Shown here piece after piece: positions 24,790 to 38,366 of a stretch of 64,000 nt of DNA. The notes beneath the pieces are model-generated. The model was not told the DNA's origin, did not search any database, and was given only the letters and a program-made list of their open reading frames with translations. The DNA is from Oopsacas minuta (taxonomy: Eukaryota > Animalia > Porifera), in contig JAKMXF010000233.1 of assembly GCA_024704765.1 (NCBI GenBank), positions 612,370 to 676,369 of the forward strand, in the 5' to 3' direction. The translations under genes and the position numbers were made by a program. Each line of letters opens with the position of its first letter. Position 1 is the first letter of the stretch.

Positions 24790-25090
24790 CTCTAATTACT
24801 CTTACTGTATTATAGGAACCATGGATAAATGAGATACTTATGAATGCAATATCCGAGTAACCAGTTTCTTAGAGACAGCTCTGCTAGGATACTAGATGTC
24901 TCAATGGAATGTGACCCGAAGGAATTCTAGTTATAATCCATAGTTCCATATTTTAGCGCCAATAATTATAATGACCCACTTATTCTATTTATAGAATAAA
25001 TATATAACTGAATACACACATTTCATATAATATAAACTCTAATAAATACATTCCATTATAGTTGCTAGGTTACCACGCTACACACTCTGA

Positions 25091-26070
25091 TTAGCTAGTG
25101 AACTAAAAATAGAACAATATAATCCTACCATAGTAACGGAAGGAATGTGTGATATAACTTACACTCTTCATGAACTCCTCAGCAACAGTCCTTGCTCTGG
25201 CGTTAAGAGTTATTTTCATTTCACTCAGTTCTTTGTCAATAGCTTGCATGAACTAGGTTTTACAAATATATGTATAAAGTAAACAAATATTAAGCTAGAG
25301 AAGGTGTGAATATATTATATCATATTTCTAACCTCTATAATGAAGTCAACCAGTTTGTGTTTGAACATCTGTTCAGTGTGAAAATTAGTCACAAGGAAAC
25401 TAATATCATAACCCTATACACGCATATAAATGATAAGGATAGTGTTACTTCCATAGACGGGGTGTGATAACTAACCTCTACAGGTTTACGTCTCAGTATA
25501 AAGAAGTGCTCAGCTCTTAGCATCATGAATCTCATAAACTTGTGACACAATATCTTATCCACATCATCTAACTATAACGACACAATATTAACAGGTAACT
25601 TCCGTTATATCGAAGCTAAAGGGACCGTAATAATTACTTGATATAACAGGTGATATAAATGTTACAAATGTATAATTCACACTTCTATATATCCGTAATT
25701 GTACCTGCTTAATAGCTATACTAACTCTAACTGAGTTTATAGAAGGTTCAATCAATACCCTCTCCTTATCACTTCTAGATATAGTGACAGGATTCAGTAA
25801 CACTTCCTTACTAGCCTTTACTTCTACCTCAGGCTTGTTGTGTCTCTCCACCACCTAAGCACCAAAATAAACATACAATTTATACCATTAGTGTATATGT
25901 ATATATTAACACCTGTGAAGAAAAGTTCTCCAAACACATAGCTGCTGTGAGAGTAGCTCTAACCGCATTTAAGTAAGAGTCTAGTGCTGAACCTCCTGCT
26001 GCTGCTGTACTCTGTAAACACAAATAATAACAACAACAATAACAAAATATATTAGTAGATGACTCACCAT
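25091..26070 (-). CDS. ARPC4: Arp2/3 complex subunit 4 (p20-Arc)
   Basis: ATG-only first exon; [21 protein letters not shown]|[12 protein letters not shown]...[13 protein letters not shown]; [24 protein letters not shown]; [15 protein letters not shown]|FTS*. Confidence 0.95.
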
Positions 26071-26327
26071 TTTATATTACTTAATGTAAATAATAATAAC
26101 AATAATAATGAGCTAATAAAGTTGTTAAAATAAGATAAAGAAAATAATAATAATCACATGAATAACTGAATTCCATAGCATGAATTCAGTTGCTATGAAC
26201 GTCAATTACAAAAGGACAATTTGCCTCCTTGGCCTACTGAATCTTGTGACCGCCCCTGGGTGTGAAATACCGACTCATATGGCGCCTAAAGAAGTATAAA
26301 CAATGAGTTAAGTGTTTGTTACTAAAT

Positions 26328-28999
26328 TTAGAATTTAGGAATTCCTCTACCAACAAAATACACTACACAACCTCCTAACAGACTAGCACTCATAGTTACC
26401 AATCCTACTCTAAGGAATGTGCCTAGAAATGTTCCAGAAGATTGTGTCTGTTTCTTGACAACCAGACCAGTGTGCTAAAAATAATAATATATAATATGTG
26501 TGTATAGATAAATATGTGATTATTATAACACCTCTGATATATGAGATTCTATAGCTGTTAAAGTGTGTGTCAGCTGATTGGCTGATTCCACAGCTGTTCC
26601 CACTCCTTCACATACCAATCTAGTTTCATCACATTCCTAAGTTTATATACATATATGAATATTCACACCTCTCAGAGGATTCAACTAACTAAATTTGGTT
26701 CTAATGTGCCTGGGGAATCCTCCAGCTGTTTGTGAATGTATCTCAGCTGTGCTTTGATGTATGCACAGTGCTTAGAGAAGTTCTGTAATACTCCAGCTAG
26801 TTCCAGAGACCTAGGGTATAGTTCCGGGTAATAGGGTCAATTCAGGACCAGGCCCTGTACCCTATTGTCCAATAGGACACATTCCAAAGGCTACTGTTAG
26901 TTGTGAACTTGTTTCATTTCCACTGTTAGCCTAAGTTTACCTGTCACATGAATAACTTCACAATATTTAGTAACTAACAGGTGAATAGTAGTGATTTATA
27001 TTAACACCTGCTTTAAACGCATAAGTAACATATTTACATGTTTAGATGTAAATAATGTAGAGCTGATACAATCAACAGGGTGCTAGCGGTCTATACGATG
27101 GTCTCATTAATTAGTACTCACGTAATAGTCCTATTATTCTGAGTGGGTATAGGGGAACAATGCCATTCTCTAGCATGTACCTCTGTTATAGCTAAGAGTA
27201 TCTTCTTTCTGTTAGATAGATCTTTGATACCTATTCTGTCTAAGTCCTCCTCTCTCATGCTGATTAGTTCTGAGAACTCTATACCCTGCGACTAATGATA
27301 ACAATAAACAAACAAACTAACAAACAAACAAACAAACAACAAACCTGGAAAATATCAATCAAATCAGGTAATTCCAATCCTATTAGGAATAATTCTATAT
27401 CTCCATACCTCACATAGCTATAAATAGTATCATAAATAAACAAATATACTAGTAAATAACAACACTAACAAACTTGTTTACTACTCTTGTAGAGAGTGTA
27501 ACGTCTTGTGACTTGATACTAAAGGTGTTAATATATGATTAATCGTATAATCGTTTGATAATCAAACAACTAACTGGGTAGTAATCTGATCAGCTGTTTG
27601 AGGGGTGTTACATACTTCTAGCTCGATTTCCGGTCCATCTGGCGCCTGATTCTTATCAAGATGTGTTCGTATAATTCTTGACACCTCGTAGTGTCCTGCA
27701 TTATCTGCTATATCAGCTGCTAGCTCACCCTCTCTGGTCTCTAGTGATACATCGATGCCACATTCTAGTAACACCTCTGTTAATGATATATTACCCGTGT
27801 GTGCTGCGAAACACAGAGCCTATAAATAATGAATGTTTATTCTAGTGGACCCATGTACCCATTGAATCATGTATGAAAATGTTAGGAACCAAATTAACAA
27901 TTAATCCCAACTAATAAATTTCATTTTACCTCTATAGTTACTAGGGAGATTAATGGAAGTAACACAGGAGATACTCTTATATGTTAATATTAGATATGTA
28001 ATCATGGATACTAAATAGCGTTAATACAGTCTAGGAAATATCTATCATTTGTATACTATTAGAAAAGTAACAAATGTGTCAAGCTAGAAGACACACAACA
28101 TACCGACCATCCTCTCATCTCCTGTTTATTGATATTAGCACCACTACGTGTTAGAAGTGGCAGGAGCAACAAGTGGCAGTGTTTAGTTGCATACAGAAAT
28201 GGTGTCATCTTACACCTGTCCTGAGCATTCACGTTAGCATGTGCCTCTAGCAACAATTTTGCTGTTGCGTGTGCAGTCTCTTCTGGCTGTCTCGAGGCAC
28301 AACATACCATCAGAGCAGTAAACATATCTGTAAATAACAATAACAATAATATAAACTTAAAGGAAGTCTGTGAGGATAAATTCACTCATAAATAATTACC
28401 ACATTGGGAGTTTGGGTTAGCTGAGTATCTCAGGAGTAATTCTACTACAGCTGGTCTCCCTGATTCAGCTCCAAACATCAGAGCTGTCCAATTAGATTTG
28501 AGTTGAGCATTTGGATCAATTCCTAATAACAAAAATGTGAGATAATGAATCATATGATTAATCATATGAGATAATATTACCTCCGTCTAATAGCTGTTTA
28601 ACATCACCTAAGTCGCCACGACACACTGCATCCCTGAATGCCTCTAGCGTTGCTAGGTCGTGACTAGGTCTGCCACCTTGTCCCCTCCCTCTCCCCCTTC
28701 CCCGCCCCCTGCGAGCTCGCCTAAATATATTTGGCGCGTGATGTATATGATAATTCTATTTATAGTAACAATTATTACCCGCGTGTAGGAAAACTGTTAG
28801 AAGTGATGACGTCATTTCTATTGGTTGTTTGTAAGTGTGAATTGTTGTTGTTTTTATTTTGATAAGAATACCCAGAATTCTGACTTGTATTATTAGTGAA
28901 AGGAGTAACAGGTTTGGACTCAATACTAGGAGGATCCTCCCCGAGGTCAAATTCCTCTGAGTCAGAACTGTTGTCAATGTCGAATGCAAACGATGACAT
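26328..28999 (-). CDS. ASZ1: Ankyrin-repeat + SAM + C-terminal transmembrane protein, ASZ1/GASZ-like
   Basis: Acidic SSDSEE N-terminus, ankyrin repeats (NWTALMFGA, KMTPFLYA, GWSALCFAA), SAM-like YGDIELFLIGLELPDLIDIFQ...MREEDLDRIGIKDLSNRKKIL, and a hydrophobic tail anchor FLRVGLVTMSASLLGGCVVYFVGRGIPKF*; same architecture as ASZ1. Confidence 0.75.
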
Positions 29000-29233
29000 A
29001 ACTAATTAACTAATTGGAAGTATTAATTATTGAATAGTGGTAACAACTGGAACTATATAGTCAATAACAGAAAAGTGCAACAAATACATAGTTACTAACT
29101 TGGTTAATAGGAATGCCAATAAACAAACAATAATATTCAATTCACTCAAAATATTTACATAAATAATCTTGTCTAAATACACAATCATATAAAAATTTCT
29201 AAAAATAGAATAATTAAGACAATAGCAACGAGG

Positions 29234-32200
29234 TTATTTATTGGAATGTCTGGAAAGGAGTTCGCATATTTCCTCAAACTTAGCGACTTGTTGATCGAAC
29301 CTTCCATCATCAAGCATCTCTTCAACAAGCTAAATAAATAAACAAGTAAACAAACAAATAAACAAACAAACAAATAAACAATACCTTATCCTTGCAAGAG
29401 TGCGCATAACTGTACAAAGACTGTAGAGCACTTTCTCTGTAGAAATGATCTCCTCCCTAAATACCTCAAATATTATACCGTTGTCATGGTAACAAAAGCA
29501 ATGCATTACTTACTCTAGGAACTCTGTAGTTATCAAACAGCTGTTCTTCACTCACAGCTGGACTCTGTGACATAGTGTCGTAGTAGCTATAAATAGAACA
29601 AATTAATATGCGCATAAACTATAAAGTAAACAAATCGATTGGTTGAATAATACTCACTTCAGAATCCGTTCTCTATAAATAGGAACTTCCTTGTTGTATA
29701 AAATTTTTGTTGTTTGTGCATCCTACAAATACAAATAGAAATGTAACATAAATAAACAAACAATATGTAACAGGATGTTAATGATATAAAAGGTGTGATA
29801 ATATGAAATATGCTAAAAGGAGAATAGACAAAAGAGAAATAAATTTTTACTCTTCAGTCAATGAGAGAACCATCTGATGTTAAAGTGTCACGTGACCGTG
29901 TGTACGTACTGTGTCCATCTAACAACCCGTGTATGCACGTGCTAACCCTAGAGGGAGACAAGATACACTCCCTCATTACCAAAGGACAAGGAATGGATGT
30001 GTTATACCCTTCCTTCTTCTGTCTAGATCCACTTAATAACTTTGTTATTAGCGATCAAGATTCTCACTCAATTCGGGTATCCTCTCCAGAAGGCAATCTC
30101 CTACACACGATAGGAACATATGGACACCAACAAGGAATGTTATATGAGCCCCAAGGAATAGCTATAACTCCAAACGGGAGATTAGTTAGTGGATCAAGGA
30201 ATGAGAACTACCCTCTACAAATATATTACTAGTTTGTTTGTTTGTTTATAAATTAATGAATTGAATATATCAGTAAATATTTTAGCTAAGGCACTGATAA
30301 ACACATCTGCCATTTACAAAAGGTGTGAAAATGTCTTCAATAATTGATATAACATACCTCAGTGATTTGTGAGTCGGTTGCTAGGCAACTGTCAATGAAT
30401 ACCTAAGGAATGTAAGAATAAGATACCTTAGTTACCATATTGTCAGTTAAGAATGTACTAACCTGTGAAATTACTGTCAGGTTTGAATCCAATGTTTCAG
30501 ACTTAATAACATCAAATAAATGGTCAGGATTTCTTATTATATTAGCCCAGAATCTTAGAGGGACACTAAACGACACATTAACCACTTAACACCTATTTAT
30601 ATGTATTTACGACGACGTAACTTGTAAATAAATATAACCCAGCTGTCCACACCCATCCCTAAACTTTATGAGTACAGTTTAAATCAGAAGATTTGCCTTC
30701 GAAAAGAGTAAATAAATTCATGGCAGAAGGGTGTCTGGATACCCAGTAACCCACGGTAGCACCCGCCCTGTAAATTATCCATGGTTCTACCTATTATTCT
30801 TCCATAGACGTATAACATCCTCCTTTTTGTCGATATCATACTCATCAGCTAGATGTTCAAGCAAATCAAACAGGAATTTGATTGGTGGAGCTAGTTTATG
30901 AGGTTCTAGTGTTACATCTGGGAAGATAGCACATACCATGTCATCTACGTATTTTTGTAGAATATTCTAGAACAAAAATAGCTTCAAGTTAATCTTCATA
31001 CAATTACTGTATTTCCTATCTATACAGGTGTCAATGTGTTACAAAATGTGTCACAGAACACAATAAACCACATCTCACCTTAGTTGATATAAGACGGATT
31101 AGATAAATCTCTGTAGCTAGCTTCTTGGATTTAGCTGTTTGGGTCTCTTCTGGCTTAGTCTATAAATAGAATATCAATCAATCCTAGCAACGTACTATGT
31201 CATTGGAATGTGTATAGTATTAGTTTATTAATCAGCTGACCAGATGCCAGATCTTGTCCTCCTCGTGTAGATGAGCATCCCTAAATCCTCTCAGAGAGTT
31301 GCTCTGTATAAGAGTACCCAGATAATCATAGACCTGTCCTCCTAGGGGCTTCTGGGTCCTTGGTACTAGTTTAAACACTTGGTTAATAGCTGAGTAGTGG
31401 GAGAGGGTGTTAACTCTCTTCCAGTCCCCCTGTACAACAGAGGTACGATCATTGTCCCTTAAGATAAGACCTGCTCCTTGTTTACGAGTAGAGTGTACTT
31501 CTAAGTCAAGTTCCTATATTAATAGGATAATATTAATTAATATTTGTTTGTTTGTTTGTGTGTTTGTCTGATAGTATACTTGTTTACATATCATTGTTTA
31601 CCAGCTGTATACATGTATATTAGTTTGTTATTATTTACTTACAGTAACATGAGGTCTCTGTGAGACAGGCTGTCCGCTGTATACAGCATCCATAATCTTT
31701 AACTTTGCTTGTGATATAGTGTCACACTCCAGTACCTTAACTCTTAATTCTGTTTGATTATCTGTTATTACTCCTACTTCTAATTCCTTAACAACAAGTA
31801 AACAAATGTTGTTGTTGTATTACGGAACACACATTAAAAATTTTGATAAGATTCCATTCTGATAGGTCTAATTTAACCGCAGAAAAGGTGTGAAAATGCT
31901 CACAATAATTTCATATCACAGGTGCATATCTACCCCCAAAGTGTTATTGTTATTTACTTACCCTCATCTCTTCTATATCAGTGATTTGAGTTAGAATCTT
32001 CTCTTTAGCAAGAGAGTGTTTAGCTTCACCGGTGAATACATCAATTGGTCCTTTCTCTGTCTGTCTCTTAGTAGCTCTGTAAGCTACGTGGATAGCAGGT
32101 CCTGCCCTCTCTATAAGGTAACCATACATCATCATTGCTAGCCAATCAGATAACAGCTTTTCTGCTACACTCTCTGTCCTATAATACAGATAACTCAAAA

Positions 32201-35200
32201 TAGTGGCTCAGCCACTTTACATAGCTAAATAAGCTTTATATTATCAAAATTACAAATATTTAGGACAGAGTGTCCTCCTCCCTAAACTACGTATATTTAG
32301 GGACCATTCGTCCTAACAAAGCAGAATAAACTAGGAAAGGTTAAGACAATGTAATCTGTTAAGAGAGTACACATACCTACGGAACATGATCTTAACTCTT
32401 GATTGAGCTACCATCCTCTCTGATAGATCTTCTAATAATGTCTTAAGTACTGTTGTTAGATATTTGATGTCATCATGCATACACAGGGCGAATAGACTAG
32501 CAATATTGGATCTGAAGATATATGTGTTAATATGAAGTTATATATACACAGAGGTGTGAAAATATGATTAACCTGTCTCTAAGGGAGAATGATCTATTAG
32601 ATTCTATACAGTTAACAAGAGACAAGAAGTAATCTTTATCTCTTAATAATTCATCAAATAATTCAAGAGCTCTGAGGAATTCTCTATCATCTATGTCAGG
32701 AGGAATCTAATCAATAGGAAGGTGTTGATTGTTTGTTAATATTACCTAAGAGGAACATTATGTACAACTTACCCTTACAGGGTGCAGGACAGGGTGGTCA
32801 GGTTCTCCTGGGAACATAACATTCATAACAAACTTATGGAATGATAGGAATGGAATAGCTCCTTGAGAGCCTTGTGTAAGATCTGCTGCCTCCTCTAATT
32901 CTGTATTCAGCTCTGCAAACTCTATAGTGACGCCATATAACACCTTTGTATATTAAACTGACATTCCTAAGGTTGCTATGACAAACGATGGCGGATTACA
33001 CTTACAGGAAAATGTGTAATTTATTGTATCCGTATTAGTCTCTATAGCACATTCCTAACCACTATAACGGTTGCTATAACCTACCAGTCCTGCATGCTTG
33101 TGCTACTCTATTCTCAATAGTATCCATCTCATATATTAACTTCTCTACTTCAGCTTGTGCGATACTCCCTCTCTTCCTCAGACAGCACATTATACACACT
33201 AGTATTATCACTAGTGCTATTATTAGTAACAGGAAACCAAGTATACAAGCAATGACTATAGAGCCAAGCTGCGTGAGACTCTCTACACCGGATACTACCA
33301 CGAAACTACCAGCTGGTGTCCTGTACTCTTCTAGTAACACCTATATTATACATAGTAATACCCTGTTAATGAGGAGGTGTTAATATAATAACATACGTAT
33401 ATCAGATAGGTGTCAGATTGGAAGTTCTCTACTCTAATATCTGTAAAATCAACAGAGAGTCTATTAGTGAGATAAGTAACACTATTACTTATATTAACAA
33501 CTTCATCAGCTAATGTGACTTCTACACGGAAAAGATCTGACAGCTGCGCTGATCTATAGTCAGCTTGTTGTATGAACTACAGAGAGTGTTGTTATTTACT
33601 TGCTTGTTTTGTTCACAGTTTGTTGTTGTTGACATAACTTACCACCAACTCAACAGATCTGGAAATAACATCAACAGAAATATGATTATTATCTGAGAAT
33701 ACGAATACTTCCTGATTAAACATAGGATCTGGTAATACTAATATATCTATAGAAGGGAGGGTGTCTGTGTATCCGTCAAATAAAAGTGTGAAGTTCACAT
33801 TATCTGGCCCAGTTTGTCTTTTAGAGGTGTTGGAAGGGGGGAAGGGACACTTCAGCACACTTGTCGTTATAGCGTTACAAGCCTAGTGTAAACAAATAAA
33901 TAAACAAATAAGTAAACAAATAAGCAAACAAACGAGTAAACAAACTACAAGTAATAGTGATAATCAAATATCCAATAGATTGCAGATATAAGAATATTAG
34001 GAGTTACTTATTCGCTATGATACTTTTCGTAATAAACAAGTAAATAACAACAACTAACATATTCTCCAACACTTCTCCCTGAATAGAACATAATTTTTGG
34101 ATCAGCTGATGCGTCTAATGATATTCCTGTAAATGTGATTAATCCATCACCTGATTGTAAAACACCTGTAGGAGTAGCGGAGAGGATCTGAGGATTCTCA
34201 CGGAACTCAAAGAGTCCTGTCGTAGAGTCGTAATTGTCTCCGTCTATGGTAACACGGAATTGTCCTGTAAACAAAGGTGTGAAAATATGTATAATCATAT
34301 AATAACATAATTAAAATACCGCTAGCCTTTGACACCGCAGGTTGTGTAATACATTCCAGTTCTCCATTACTGTAACTAGGTTCTAAGACTGTCATACAGC
34401 TGGTTACAGTAATAATCTCAGCTGATCTGCTACTACCTATACCTAAACCTACTCCAGAGAGGGTGACAAGTGTACCTCCCGCTACAGGACCGAAATTAGG
34501 AGTGAACGCTTGTATCTGAGGGGACAGGATATGTAAGGGGTGGTAATATACCTCTAGAGGATCTCCCAGGGAGTTGTCTATTGAGAGGGCTAGTGTGGTG
34601 TTACCAGATGATCCAGGAGGACTCAAGGGGGACAATAACAGACCAGAGAGGGTACAGTTTACTCTAGAAGTAGTAAACAATAATAATTGTCTGTATTTAC
34701 TGAGCAGACTGTAATTCCATTTGTTAATACATTCTGTTAGGTGTAATACATTGATTTTACATATGATTAATCATCAAAATTATGCTAGAGATTAGTTTCC
34801 ATGTTTGTTTGTTTACAATACTTACACTCTCCCAATATCTGATGGATCTCTGTTGATATCCACACATTCCAGAACACCTCCAATCTCTCCTAATTCTACA
34901 GTAATAGTCAGCTGATCAGATACTATTCCTAATCCGGTTCCTCTGATACTCAGCTGATCAGTGAAGTATACAGATATCTCATTAGGTGTTATCTGTAAAC
35001 AATAATATAAACACTACAGTAGATATATGATTATGTCTTATCAGCATAAATAATACATTGTTGTTGTTGTTTACAACTTACAGAAGTGATAAAAGGGTTA
35101 GGACAACTAGCTGTTAAGAAATCTCCAGAACAATCAGCTGTAGAACAGCTGTCATCACCAGAGGAGAGACACCATCCACACAGCATCTTTGATTGTCTGT

Positions 35201-35868
35201 TAGACAGACACTGAGCACAAGTAGTCCCCTGTTGGACACATGAGTACAGCTCTAAGGTGTCAGTATATATTACTCTGCCACTAAATGTGACGTCAATATT
35301 AACATCTATTATATCACTGCTAGTGACTGTTAAGTTATCAGCTGGTATATAACATGTTATATAGTTACTGGAGTGGTTGCCAGGAATGTTGTATTGTTCT
35401 GATCCATAGCTTAGCTGGCATAGGTATTCATAGCTAGACTGAATATTCATATGATTAATCACATAACACCTGAGTAGTGATGAGATAGGCGTAATGGTAT
35501 GTACATCATACTAACCTGAGGTAAAGGGAGGTCATTAACTGTCAATAGGTTTATAGTATTATCTGTGTCAGCAACCAGAGGATTAGAGGAACTGTTAAGA
35601 GACACTATAGAGGGACAGAGAGACTGTCTCCATTGATAGGAGTCTGAGAGGTTTAATGGGGGACAAAGGGAGGGAGAGTAGGTACATTTTCCTGAGTACA
35701 CACACCAACCACAGGGACTTACATCTGAAGTAGATACACATTCCTCACAGGCTGTATGGTAACTACAGTCAAAGAATAGAAAACTGAATGATTGAACTAA
35801 AATAGTGTTTGATGATTCTGTTGTGCTCAAGTAGAGCTGTACTTCAAGGAACTCTGTAAAGAGCTGGA

Positions 35869-35938
<70 letters not shown>

Positions 35939-38226
35939 TTAATTAATAAGATACATACCTGATTCGTTGAAGCTAGGAGTATTGTCAGGAATCTGACAGG
36001 TTAGATTTACAGAGCCAGAAGCAGGACCAGTCAAATCAAATCCTCCTGTAACAGCTGTAACAGTTGTGTTACCTAGTGACGAGAATACACATTGGTATGT
36101 GTTTCCAGTAGATAGTTCAGGGAGATTGCTAGCTGATATCGTAACCTAGAAAGGACATAAATATGTAACAATTATGAGGGAATTATGTTACTAAGGAGTG
36201 AAAGAATGGAATTTACCGTAGTATTAATGTTGATGTTAGATGAGTCAGGAGACACGCTGGTTACAGCTAGACATTCAGTGACCTCATCTTGTATCCATCT
36301 GTTGGTTAGATTGTTGTTAGTACAATTAGATTGTCTTGTACATTCATTTTGTACACTACACCAACCACAGAGAGGATCTCTGTCCTGTACACATTCCATA
36401 CAGTTGTCATGACGACCGCAGTCTGACACAGGAATGCGTAACAGCTCTCTAGGTGTCAAGGCGAGAATGTGGTTAGTTCCAATAGGAACTAATGATGATA
36501 CTCTGTCTCTGAAATCCTCTGACAGATATCTACCTTCCAGTTCAGTCACATCAGCTGTTAATGAGGTGCCATTTATGTAATACTAAAAACAAACAAACAA
36601 ATAAACAAATATACAATAAACTCATAAACAAATATACAATAATCTAACCTTAAACATAAATCCTTCCTCAGTTACCAAAATGATATAATAGAATGTATCC
36701 AGCTGGTATGTGTATAGATTAGATACCCTCCCGTATGTGACCCCTGATGAGTACACAGATGGGAGGAGGGGGGCTGTAGGATACCCACCTGTTATAGGGA
36801 TCATCAGAGCAAATATTAAACCACTAAATAAATAAACAAATAAATAAACAGTTAGAGTTTATAGCTCTTACCGATAAAATAGAACTTACGCAAATGTGTA
36901 GTCACACAGAGAGATGCCATTTAACACCTAAACATAAACATTATAAAATGTAAGATAACATAACAACAACAATTTGTCAAAGGAATTCAACTCACAGACT
37001 CGCCAAATATGTTACCACCAGCTTCAGCTCTAGCTACCCAATCCAGCTGTGTTGATAGAGCAGAATCATTATAACTAACACTAATATACTGAATAATGTC
37101 ATTAAGAGATAGAGTACACAGTCTAGTCTCTATTCCCACTTCGTCAGCACTGTATATTAATACCAGGTGTGTCTGTCCGTCTTGTAGAGATACTACACGA
37201 CCTGAAAGGAGGTATGTATAGCTTCCATCACAAGGAGTAAGAATAAGTTCCAAAACAGACTCAAATCTGTCCGAACGTACACCTGTGTTATCACATATAG
37301 TGAATAATCTACTAGAAATAGCAGAAGTCCCAATCAGCTGTCTAACTAGATAGAATATTCTGTCACCAAATATGAACTCATTTATAAGTCTCCTCCTGTC
37401 AACAACAACCCTTGGCTGTCCTGTGAATCTAGCAGTAGCAGCTGATAGGTCGCTTAAGGTAAATCCTTGTAAGGTATATCTACAAGAGGATAATATATAC
37501 AAGCAGAATTGCTACCTCATTTCCCTATTTATTCATTTATATGGGACTATGAATTCACTCTACGTATCTCAACCCGTTTCCACAGGCCCCTTTGTCAAGG
37601 TTACACTGTCAGAGCGGCGCAAACTGTCTTTTTGACATGACGTGTTCTATTATATGGCCGGCCTCATGACGACTTTACAAGAGATTAAGCCAATGCCCTT
37701 AACCGTAGTTAGTAATTTTGTAAAAGTTAAACTCGATAATATAATAAGGATGAATAATTCTATTATTAGTAACATACCTAGTGCTAGTCGCGGTATCACT
37801 TATAAAACTGCTGTATACAAATACAGCTGGAGATCCTGCTAGCATAGCAAACAGAGCAGAGTTAGGAATGTTGTCTGATTCAGTTGATAGGTCAGTAATG
37901 GTAGCTACAGATGTGGTGATATCAGAGGTGTCATAAAAATGGCATACCCTTTCTCTGTCACAAACAAAGAACCTGTTATTGAAATTATCATACTCTACTA
38001 GGGAGACCCTGGAGGCTAAATTGGGCAGATTAGTGATAGAAGAGGACTTGAACTCTGATCCAACTCTAATAATATAATCAGAGCCTCCGATTAGCACTGA
38101 CAGGTTAGTAGAATCAATAGCGATTAGAGAGAAGTCAAATCTGTTAGGATTTGATATAGATTCAATCCTGATAAGAGTCTGACTGTAACAGACAGTTAGA
38201 AGTAAAGTAAGAATGAAAATAATCAT
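29234..38226 (-). CDS. Plexin (paralog 1), multi-exon
   Basis: Signal peptide at 38226, Sema-like region, PSI domains ([27 protein letters not shown]), IPT domains ([12 protein letters not shown]), TM helix near 33200-33260, split GAP domain with FRR|TESVAEKLL and [11 protein letters not shown]; last exon ...ELLSRHSNK*. Confidence 0.9.
29846..30247 (+). pseudogene. 5'-truncated NHL copy 4, nested antisense in plexin-1 intron 29723-30357
   Basis: Homology to copies 2/3 starts abruptly near 29847; 123-aa open frame 29861-30232 covers only the last blades; (TTTG)3TTT tail; ATAAATT at 29839-29845 and 30248-30254. Confidence 0.8.
35872..35937 (+). repeat. (AAC)22 microsatellite in a plexin-1 intron
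   Basis: Perfect trinucleotide run read directly from the sequence. Confidence 0.95.
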
Positions 38227-38366
38227 CTCAGAACTGAGTACATACTCAGTGAAATGATCTTATAAGGGAAGGATTGATATTACTCAAATTACAGATATCA
38301 GTCACTCGATATCTTCTGTTGCTATGTATGCACACTTAAATAAGATGGAATTTCTCATTTCTTTAA
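38227..38366. promoter_or_regulatory. 140-bp bidirectional promoter between the two plexin start codons
   Basis: Both flanking ORFs begin with ATG plus signal peptide and point away from each other. Confidence 0.65.
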
